A DNA stretch of 64,000 bases from Clostridia bacterium (GTDB lineage Bacteria; Bacillota; Clostridia; Oscillospirales; CAG-272): NCBI GenBank assembly GCA_017468385.1, contig JAFUIQ010000032.1, forward strand, positions 71,272 through 135,271. The letters run 5' to 3'. A program made the translations under genes and the position numbers. The notes under the pieces are model-generated. The model was not told where the DNA came from. It worked only from the letters and a program-made list of their open reading frames with translations, and did no database searches. Positions 53,606 to 60,839 of the stretch are shown piece by piece. Positions within the stretch are counted from its first letter, which is position 1. Each line of letters opens with the position of its first letter.

Positions 53606-54916
53606 TCATCGTTTGCTCGGCACCATCCCCACTTCTTCAATCGCGTACAGCGGCAGATTGATGAGCCAATCTTCCTCTTTGTAGTCCGCCATTGAGGTGC
53701 GGATGGAGCATTCGGGGGTGAATTTTTCTCTGTACGTCTTGAGGCTCTTGGTTTGCAGATTGATCTCCGCCTGAACCTCGACGGGAATGATCTGCTCACC
53801 GCTGTCGATGACAAAATCGATCTCACAGGAACCGCGGTCGTTGGTGTAGTAGTAGACACCCAGATCCTCGATGGTTTTCAGCTGCTGACACACATACTGC
53901 TCAGTCAGCGCACCCTTGAACTCCACAAAGAGATCATTGCCGTCAAGGAGCGTGCTTCCGCGAAGTCCCGTCATACAGCCGAGGAGTCCCACATCTACCA
54001 CGAATAACTTGAACGCTTTCAAATCCTCGTATGCTTTCAGCGGAATGCCGGCGGTGTTCACACGGCTGACCTTGTGGACGAGTCCGCAATCGGAGAGCCA
54101 CATCAGTGCGGTTTCGTAATCCTTCGCACGGCTGCCCTCACGGACAAGACCGTAGATAAACTTTTTATTTTCCTTAGCAAGCTGAGAGGGGATGCTGTTC
54201 CAAAGCATACGGATTTTTGGTACGATTTCGTGAGGTGCGTGCTTGGAAAAATCCTGTTCATAAGCAGCGAGGATACGTTTTTGAATGTCGCGCACCTCGT
54301 TGAAATCCTTATTGTCGGCAAAGCTCTGCACCGCCTCGGGCATACCGCCGACAAAGTAATAATGCTTCAGTGCATCGATATAGGTCTGTTTGAAGCTGCT
54401 GACCATTTGGAAATCCTGTTTATCCAGCAGTTCTGCAAAGCGTTCCTTACCCATTGCCATCAAAAATTCCTTGAAGGATAAGGGATAGAGCTTCAAAAAG
54501 TCAACTTTGCCCACGGGAAAGGACGTACCGCCGTGCAGAGCGATACCGAGAAGCGATCCGGCGCACACGATGTGATACTGCGGTGCGTTTTCGCAAAAAT
54601 ATTTGAGAGAGGACAAGGCTCTCGGTACTTCCTGAACCTCGTCAAAAATCAGCAGCGTATTATCGGGATTGATTTTTTTGCCGGCGTAAAGCTCAAGCCC
54701 GAGCATAATGCGTTCTATATCCAGATCGGCAGAGAAAAGCTCCGACATTCTTGAATTTGAGTCAAAGTTTATATATACGGTTTCGGCATATGCCTGACGA
54801 CCGAATTCTTTCATCAGCCAGGTCTTGCCTACCTGACGAGCACCCTCGATAATCAGAGGTTTTCTGCGTTTACTGTCTTTCCATTTTAATAATTTTTCAA
54901 TTGCAATACGGTACAT
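53606..54916 (-). CDS. AAA-family ATPase with a DUF4143-like C-terminal region
   Basis: Walker A GARQVGKT and Walker B LLIFDEVQ. 436 aa. Last gene before attR. Confidence 0.8.
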   Translation of the reverse strand: MYRIAIEKLLKWKDSKRRKPLIIEGARQVGKTWLMKEFGRQAYAETVYINFDSNSRMSELFSADLDIERIMLGLELYAGKKINPDNTLLIFDEVQEVPRALSSLKYFCENAPQYHIVCAGSLLGIALHGGTSFPVGKVDFLKLYPLSFKEFLMAMGKERFAELLDKQDFQMVSSFKQTYIDALKHYYFVGGMPEAVQSFADNKDFNEVRDIQKRILAAYEQDFSKHAPHEIVPKIRMLWNSIPSQLAKENKKFIYGLVREGSRAKDYETALMWLSDCGLVHKVSRVNTAGIPLKAYEDLKAFKLFVVDVGLLGCMTGLRGSTLLDGNDLFVEFKGALTEQYVCQQLKTIEDLGVYYYTNDRGSCEIDFVIDSGEQIIPVEVQAEINLQTKSLKTYREKFTPECSIRTSMADYKEEDWLINLPLYAIEEVGMVPSKR

Positions 54917-55311
54917 CTTTGCACCTCCATATAATTCTACGAGTATATTATATCACAAAATTACAAAAAATGCAACGACTTTTTGAAAACGCATCACATT
55001 TTATGCAACGAAAAAGGAATAAGCCGGAGGTACCGAACTTATTCCTGAATATTTCATTGTTTGAATCAGCGAAGTGACTCTATCGTCAGCTGCACTCCGT
55101 GTCGGAAGGCATAGACGAATATCGCTTCTTCCGCTAATTTGTTTAGATCGAGAATTTTATTTTCCGAAACGCTTGACAAACGACCGAATCAGAGGTACAA
55201 TAGCCCTAACAATCAGCTGATTATTCAGTTCATAGTACGCCGAAAACCGCATGAAAAAGGCTGAAAATGGCCGCAACACTACGCTCTGAACCGCGAGTGT
55301 ACTGCGATTTT

Positions 55312-55376
55312 AGTGCATAGTTAGTGCATACTATGAACAAAACCCGCCCAAAAAGCGGTGCATAAAGTGCATACTC
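55312..55376 (+). repeat. Four GTGCATA-core repeats (candidate integrase arm-type sites, right arm)
   Basis: AGTGCATAGTT and AGTGCATACTA are in tandem at 55312-55333. GGTGCATAA and AGTGCATACTC lie at 55357-55376. All are in the same orientation as the left-arm copies. Confidence 0.6.
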
Positions 55377-55479
55377 TCCCGAAACTTTTTTCTGAAAATG
55401 CGCAAAAAATTATTGATTTTACGCACATTTTTATGAGATAACCGACAAAATCTGAAAACAGGCATCTGCCACAGGCGCG

Positions 55480-55535
55480 TTGGGGTGGTAGAGGCCGCTG
55501 GTTCAAGTCCAGTCACTCAGACCAGGAAAACGGGA
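55480..55535 (+). repeat. attR: duplicated 3' part of tRNA-Pro (no 5' half)
   Basis: The 45 bp are identical to 28835-28879, and the following 11 bp have one mismatch. No acceptor or D-arm lies upstream, so this is not a functional tRNA. Confidence 0.9.
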
Positions 55536-55560
55536 ATCTTACGATTCCCCGTTTTTCTTT
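55527..55560 (+). terminator. Terminator hairpin after attR (probably the original tRNA-Pro terminator)
   Basis: AAACGGGAATC / GATTCCCCGTTT stem followed by TTTCTTTTG. Confidence 0.7.
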
Positions 55561-55861
55561 TGTTTTCTTGCAAAAGTTCGTGAAATCGCGCGTTTTCGTG
55601 ATATAAAGAATGGGCTTGTTCTTCCCTGCTCCCGGGGTTGAACAAGCCCATTTTTCGCCTTTGACCACATGTAAGACCATAGTCGGTGACCACATGAGTG
55701 AATTTGGCGGTGGAGCTGTGCTGCTCGGGCGCCTTTTCTTTGATTATGCGGTGCAGGATTTGATATGTGATTAAGCCCAGTTTTTGCCTTTGACTGTATG
55801 TTTGATCAGTTGCGGAGATTTTTACACTTTTCTACGATATGAAAAGTGCAAATTTTTATAA

Positions 55862-56050
55862 TTACTTGCTACTGTTTGGATTAGTATAGAATTCCATATA
55901 TCCGCATTTCTCACAAACGTATACATATACCGGAGAATACGATGTTTGTGTTAGAGCAAATGGTGGGCGAATCTTTTCTTCCCCCCAGATATCTATTTTT
56001 GTATTGATTGTTCCCTTTATCATTTCATTTCCGCATTTTACGCAATCCAT
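55862..56050 (-). CDS. Small zinc-ribbon protein
   Basis: 62 aa with CxxC (CVKCG) and CxxC (CEKCG). AAAGGA RBS. Last gene of the CBASS-like operon. Confidence 0.55.
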   Translation of the reverse strand: MDCVKCGNEMIKGTINTKIDIWGEEKIRPPFALTQTSYSPVYVYVCEKCGYMEFYTNPNSSK

Positions 56051-56066
56051 ATTTCTTCTTATCCTT

Positions 56067-56630
56067 TCATTCTATAAAATCCAAAATAGTGTTATACATC
56101 TGTTTGAGGCGCAAACTTCCTAATCCCGTATAGTCATGGGCAGCTACAAAATTAAATTGTTTATGAAAATCCCCCATATGGTCTACATAAACCGAAGGTT
56201 CACCAAATTGATCAGCAGTAATATCAATAATCAATCCGTGATTAATATCTGTTTCTTCATAATTGCACAGTTCAATTTTTTCCTCATATTGATTGCCCCC
56301 GTATTGGTTCAAGAACGATCTTACAACACACGGTATTTCTACATAGCGTATTGTGGGGGCCTTTATACGCTTATCTTTTACAACAAGCCATGCATGTGAT
56401 TGTCCGTCAAGATCTCCGCAAACGTAAATTGTTTTAATATCTTTATGGTATAAATATTCTCCCAAAAGATAGCATGTATCGCCACAACATGCTTTGGGGA
56501 AGTTATAAAATGAAAAATCTTTTACAAACAAGCCTGCATCTCGTGCTCTTTCAGTTGCCACCTTAAAATCTGATGCATAACTAAAAATTATATCATCATT
56601 AGTCATTAGAAAAATGCTCCTTATTAACAT
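56067..56630 (-). CDS. Hypothetical protein, possible papain-like/transglutaminase-like Cys-His-Asp fold
   Basis: 187 aa. Candidate triad residues are in CCGDTCYLLGEY, SHAWLVV and IDITADQF. The start is 16 nt downstream of the nucleotidyltransferase stop. ATG 56606 is an alternative start. Confidence 0.5.
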   Translation of the reverse strand: MLIRSIFLMTNDDIIFSYASDFKVATERARDAGLFVKDFSFYNFPKACCGDTCYLLGEYLYHKDIKTIYVCGDLDGQSHAWLVVKDKRIKAPTIRYVEIPCVVRSFLNQYGGNQYEEKIELCNYEETDINHGLIIDITADQFGEPSVYVDHMGDFHKQFNFVAAHDYTGLGSLRLKQMYNTILDFIE

Positions 56631-56645
56631 ATTTCTATTTCTCCG

Positions 56646-58121
56646 TCACTTGATGTTAACAATGAATATTTTACTTTGAGCGACACAACGCCCTTTTTTT
56701 ATTACGAAGCATTGTATTGCATGTGAGCCAGTATATAGTGTGCTTTCGCGGTGCTTTATCTCATTTACGCCTTCTTCTGAGAATTCACCACGCAATCCAT
56801 TTACGGATCTTGCTTGATAACCAGTATTTACAACTTGCCATTTTAACTTAAATGGTTTTTGTACACCACTAAATCCTGCTATGAATACAATTGAGCAATC
56901 TTTGTCTATAGGTGCGTCATCGCTTTTATACCTATATTTGATACCATCTGGTTTCTCAATTGTAGCTCCAATGATAACCCTATATCCCCTGGGATAACTG
57001 GGTAATTTCTGCCGTTGCGGAGCCGATAATATTGCCTGCACTTTATAGGGAACGAGTGCTTTCTCTACCCCTTCGCAATCGTTAGAGGATTCAGTTATAA
57101 CTGCATTATTGCCTCTAAAAACAAACTGAGTTACACTACGTCCTAAAGCGCATTCTACAAGCGTTGCAATCTCAACGTCAGATTGTGCTGTAGTAAAATT
57201 ATCCATCAAATCCTTTTTGGCATCATCAAGCCAGTTCAAAAACGCTTCTGCTCTTTCGGGATGTTCTTCCCACTTGTCTGCAAAGTTTTCGCTGGGAAGG
57301 CTGGGATTGTATATATAGTACTTTCCGTTTTCCTTATGTTCTTCCACATATTCCTTGGCACTGCCCAAAATGGAGTTTAGTGTTTCAGTTATTGTACCTT
57401 CATTTTTGTACAATTCAGCAGCAATGGTCGTTATCAAAATGGAGATCGGTGTAAGGTTATCGGTGTCATCCTTAAAAAGGATATCCCTGTGGCGTTTCAA
57501 TATCTGAATGGCCTTTTGTAAAGGAGTTCTGATCTTATACTCTTTAATAGGTTGAATTTCTCCGTATGTATAAATCCCCTTTTGATTAGCTACTATACCA
57601 GTCCGAATCGCGTTATAGCGAATACGTTGCTTGGATTGAAACCAAAAAATATATCCCTTGGGGTTGCTACCGATATACTCATATCTCTCGGCTGAAAGCT
57701 GTTCAGTAATATCGATATAGTTTCCTCTAAGCACCGCCGGGATTACATCAAGATGGAATTTTTTATTGTGCTCATATGTAACCTGCCAACAACGACGTTT
57801 TTCTTTAATACGAAAAGCTCTTGCATACCCGGTGAGAACAGAGTACACTTCTGTTTTCTTTAGGCGTTTGGCAGTAAATCCGTAGTCCTTTTGATATTCA
57901 CATACCAAATCCACATCATACTCATCTTCTCTCTCGTACGGTTTTACTGCAGTTCCTAAAGCGAACGAACCCTGTGGATAGATCACGATGTCGTAATCCT
58001 TGGAATTCTCCTCGATCCATTTGGCTATTTTCTTATACTCTGCCTCAGCATAATCAAACATTTCCTCAGATATATTGATTGCATCCGCTATTTTTTCGTA
58101 TAAAGTTTCTCTGTCAATCAT
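56646..58121 (-). CDS. SMODS/CD-NTase-type nucleotidyltransferase with a C-terminal extension (AGS-C-like)
   Basis: Pol-beta NTase signature QGSFALGTAVKP...DYDVDLV with the third acidic residue in HLDVIP. 491 aa. 1-nt gap after the Cap5-like gene. Confidence 0.75.
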   Translation of the reverse strand: MIDRETLYEKIADAINISEEMFDYAEAEYKKIAKWIEENSKDYDIVIYPQGSFALGTAVKPYEREDEYDVDLVCEYQKDYGFTAKRLKKTEVYSVLTGYARAFRIKEKRRCWQVTYEHNKKFHLDVIPAVLRGNYIDITEQLSAERYEYIGSNPKGYIFWFQSKQRIRYNAIRTGIVANQKGIYTYGEIQPIKEYKIRTPLQKAIQILKRHRDILFKDDTDNLTPISILITTIAAELYKNEGTITETLNSILGSAKEYVEEHKENGKYYIYNPSLPSENFADKWEEHPERAEAFLNWLDDAKKDLMDNFTTAQSDVEIATLVECALGRSVTQFVFRGNNAVITESSNDCEGVEKALVPYKVQAILSAPQRQKLPSYPRGYRVIIGATIEKPDGIKYRYKSDDAPIDKDCSIVFIAGFSGVQKPFKLKWQVVNTGYQARSVNGLRGEFSEEGVNEIKHRESTLYTGSHAIQCFVIKKGRCVAQSKIFIVNIK

Positions 58122-58122
58122 T

Positions 58123-59247
58123 TTAATCTCCTATTGTTAAGGTTTCAAAGAAATCTCCGTCCCTGTCATAAATGACCATTTTAGGATATACACCTACCAT
58201 GTATCTTCTTCCCATTTCAAAAGCCGCAGATACAGGTACTGCCGGGAATACTGATAGCTCTTCTTTGCCTTTTAAACTCTCACATAGCTCTTTGTATTTA
58301 TGCCAAAAGGCAGAAAGGTCTTGCTCGCTTTTAATGCTTTCATCTCCTTGACGATCCGCACGCAGAATGTATACGGTCTTAAAAGTAGCCACCTTAAGAA
58401 CTGCCTCCATTTCAATTTCAGCAGTAACCGACAGCACAATCGCAATACCAACTCCGCTTTCAAATGTCTTTTCTTCAACCTTAAAATCATTAGTGAGTAC
58501 TGTGCTTTGCCACTCCCATGTGTCGAGCTGCTTTGTTTTTTGATAAACATTGGCACGCATCTTATCTCCCATAAGAAATCCCAGCTTTACAATCAACGGA
58601 ATTGGCGCTAATGGAAAAACAGAAAGGTGAGTGTTAGGGCAATTATTAACTTTGGATCTCACAGTATAACAAAAATGATTATCCAGCCACTGCTCTGCTT
58701 TTTGCCAATATTCCTCACTCCTATACTCTCCGAAGGCAGGAACTGATATCGTCATGGCATATTCTGATTCTGCTCTCATACGAGGCAGGAACGCCTTCGC
58801 TGCTTCTCTTGCGGAGAAGGAATCGCTTTGTTTTCCTTTTATAGGTGAAGTAAGGTGAAGCATCATGGTTACATCGGCGTTAAGGTTGTCCATTAACTTT
58901 TGAACCCGTTCTTCCTGTGATGCTTTCATTGCGTTCAACCTTTCAACTGTGTAAATGTGTTCCCGCCCTTTTTCATCTATCAAATGATGATGGTCTAAAC
59001 ACATCAACATAAGATTTTCGATTTTATCTGACATTGCAAACGACAGTGTTTGACTCCCCCTCGGGCCTTTTGGACTGGATGCGATTATATGTGCAACATT
59101 GGAGTCATTAGTATCGTCCAATGTAACTTCATCCAAAAAAATATTTTTATTGCAGTTTTCGAACTGACATCTACCACCTGCTCGTGCGATTAGAATACTA
59201 ATCGTTTTGGGAGAAGGAGCAGGCCCCCTATTCTTACTCTTTGACAT
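58123..59247 (-). CDS. cap5: HNH endonuclease-SAVED effector (Cap5-like)
   Basis: N-terminal HNH (CQFENC...VAHIIA...NLMLMCLDHHHLID). The C-terminal region has two SAVED-like repeats (LSVFPLAPIPLIVKLGF and LSVFPAVPVSAAFEMG). AGGAG RBS. Confidence 0.75.
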   Translation of the reverse strand: MSKSKNRGPAPSPKTISILIARAGGRCQFENCNKNIFLDEVTLDDTNDSNVAHIIASSPKGPRGSQTLSFAMSDKIENLMLMCLDHHHLIDEKGREHIYTVERLNAMKASQEERVQKLMDNLNADVTMMLHLTSPIKGKQSDSFSAREAAKAFLPRMRAESEYAMTISVPAFGEYRSEEYWQKAEQWLDNHFCYTVRSKVNNCPNTHLSVFPLAPIPLIVKLGFLMGDKMRANVYQKTKQLDTWEWQSTVLTNDFKVEEKTFESGVGIAIVLSVTAEIEMEAVLKVATFKTVYILRADRQGDESIKSEQDLSAFWHKYKELCESLKGKEELSVFPAVPVSAAFEMGRRYMVGVYPKMVIYDRDGDFFETLTIGD

Positions 59248-59316
59248 AATCTCTCCTATTGTTAACTATTTGCAATGGTTCAATGTGGCATATCTTCTTT
59301 GTCTACAGCGGTGTTT

Positions 59317-59805
59317 TTATTGACCACCAACAACATCCCCCGTCCAATCAAGAATCCCGCCGAACTCCACGATATTCGTATACCCAAGCTTGACCAGCTT
59401 CTCGGATGCCTCTTTACTGCGCCGTCCACTTCGGCAGTACACCATAATGAGCTGATCCTTGTCCGGCAGTTCAGGAATCTCCGCCGTGCCGATAGTTTCA
59501 TTCGCAATATTTATCGCATTTGGAATATGCTTTTCAGCGAATTCGTCAGGTCTGCGAACATCGAGAATGATGTAGTCGCTCTCCTGTGCCATCATGGTAA
59601 CAGCTTCGTCCATACTGATCTGGCGGTAGGCGTTCTTCTGTTCTTGGTTAATCATATCATCATTTACCTCGGTGCTGGCTGCACCGATTTCCTTTTCTGT
59701 AGTGTTTTCCGTATTATCACCGCACGCGCTAAGCAGAACTGCAAGTGAAATTGCGGCGGCGATTATGATTAATCTTTCCTTCATTTTCAGTGATTGCCCC
59801 TTCAT
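59317..59805 (-). CDS. Rhodanese-domain lipoprotein
   Basis: Lipobox LLSACG. Rhodanese active-site loop YCRSGRRS. GAGGA RBS for ATG 59805, with ATG 59784 as an alternative. Confidence 0.85.
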   Translation of the reverse strand: MKGQSLKMKERLIIIAAAISLAVLLSACGDNTENTTEKEIGAASTEVNDDMINQEQKNAYRQISMDEAVTMMAQESDYIILDVRRPDEFAEKHIPNAINIANETIGTAEIPELPDKDQLIMVYCRSGRRSKEASEKLVKLGYTNIVEFGGILDWTGDVVGGQ

Positions 59806-59808
59806 TTA

Positions 59809-60705
59809 TCATTCCTCATAAGGAACCCTGAAATAATCAAGCCACGACTTGAACGTATCCTGTGCCGACAGGCATGTATCCGTGAGGAATCCCTTCTCTC
59901 TCGGCCATTCCGTCAGCCCACGATAGTAGAACATCTTGAGTTTTTCATCGATCACAAAAGGCACGATATTATACTTCAGGCATTCCTTAAACAGAAGCAG
60001 CCTGCCGACTCTGCCGTTGCCGTCCTGGAACGGATGAATGCACTCGAATCGGTAATGAAAATCAAGAATATCCGAAAGTGACTTTTCTTCCAAACTGTTA
60101 TAATCAGCAAGTAACTTCTTTATGGCATCTGCGACTTCTTCCGGAGCAGCGGTGTCCTTTCCGCCGACCTCGTTCGGAACTTTTTTGTAATCTCCTACCG
60201 CAAACCAATCCAGTCGGCTGTCGGAGGTTCCGCTTTTCAGAATGAAATGAAGCTGTTTGATGAGCGCCTCGGTGATGTTCGCACTCGCACGGTCAATAAC
60301 AAAATCAATGCATCGGAAATGATTTGCCGTTTCCACAATATCATCGACATTCACAGCATCAGCGGTAATACCAACCGTGTTGGTTTCGTAAATATATCTC
60401 GTTTGATCGTGTGTCAGACGGCTGCCTTCGATGTGATTGGAATTGTAGGTCAACTCGATCTGTATTTTATGATAGATTCCGCCGGACAGCTTTGCACTTT
60501 TTTCCGTTTTGAGTACTTCAAGCAAAGTTTTCGGTTCTGCGGAAGCTTTTTTCTTTCGTCCCGGCTTTTCGGCATTTTCGGGGATCGTCCACGTTTTGCC
60601 GATCAGTTCGGCTCCATCAACCCGACCTTCCGCGCAGTAATTCCGCACACTTCGCTCGGATATCCCCCATTTTTTTGCTGCTTCGGCTACAGAAATATAG
60701 TTCAT
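59809..60705 (-). CDS. Fic/DOC family protein with an N-terminal HTH (Fic2, paralog of Fic1)
   Basis: Fic motif HPFQDGNGRVGRL and N-terminal AAKKWGISERSVRNYCAEGRVDGA. ATG 60705 has GAGGTG upstream. Confidence 0.88.
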   Translation of the reverse strand: MNYISVAEAAKKWGISERSVRNYCAEGRVDGAELIGKTWTIPENAEKPGRKKKASAEPKTLLEVLKTEKSAKLSGGIYHKIQIELTYNSNHIEGSRLTHDQTRYIYETNTVGITADAVNVDDIVETANHFRCIDFVIDRASANITEALIKQLHFILKSGTSDSRLDWFAVGDYKKVPNEVGGKDTAAPEEVADAIKKLLADYNSLEEKSLSDILDFHYRFECIHPFQDGNGRVGRLLLFKECLKYNIVPFVIDEKLKMFYYRGLTEWPREKGFLTDTCLSAQDTFKSWLDYFRVPYEE

Positions 60706-60815
60706 AGAATCACCTCTATCCAATCGATAAATATATTATACCACATTATCGGCAAAATTTATATGGCATTTTGTAAATAATATTACTTCAATTTTGCCGA
60801 TAACGGCAATAAACA

Positions 60816-60838
60816 GGGGTGAACGATTCGTTCACCCC
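60816..60838 (-). terminator. Terminator hairpin after Int3
   Basis: Near-perfect palindrome GGGGTGAACGA-T-TCGTTCACCCC directly after the stop codon, followed on the minus strand by TGTTTATT. Confidence 0.7.
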
Positions 60839-60839
60839 C

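Larger units (their letters stand above)
28835..55535 (+). mobile_element. tRNA-Pro-integrated genomic island / integrative element (about 26.7 kb)
   Basis: Flanking direct repeats of the tRNA 3' part, with a tyrosine integrase immediately next to the tRNA. The composition shifts relative to the core, and the cargo consists of accessory and defence-type genes. Confidence 0.85.

Noticed and set aside
55480-55524. A second tRNA-Pro gene.
   Set aside because: Only the anticodon-loop-to-CCA part is present. No acceptor 5' strand or D-arm lies upstream. It is the displaced att repeat.
28835-55535. The island as a prophage or a conjugative element (ICE).
   Set aside because: I recognised no terminase, portal, capsid, tail or lysis genes. 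I also recognised no relaxase, coupling protein or type IV secretion genes. Only integrases, an Xis-like protein, a RepA-like ATPase and cargo are present.
55513-55695. 60-aa minus-strand ORF and other short ORFs (55321-55516) around attR.
   Set aside because: They overlap the att repeat, the terminator hairpins and the arm-type repeats. They have no RBS.
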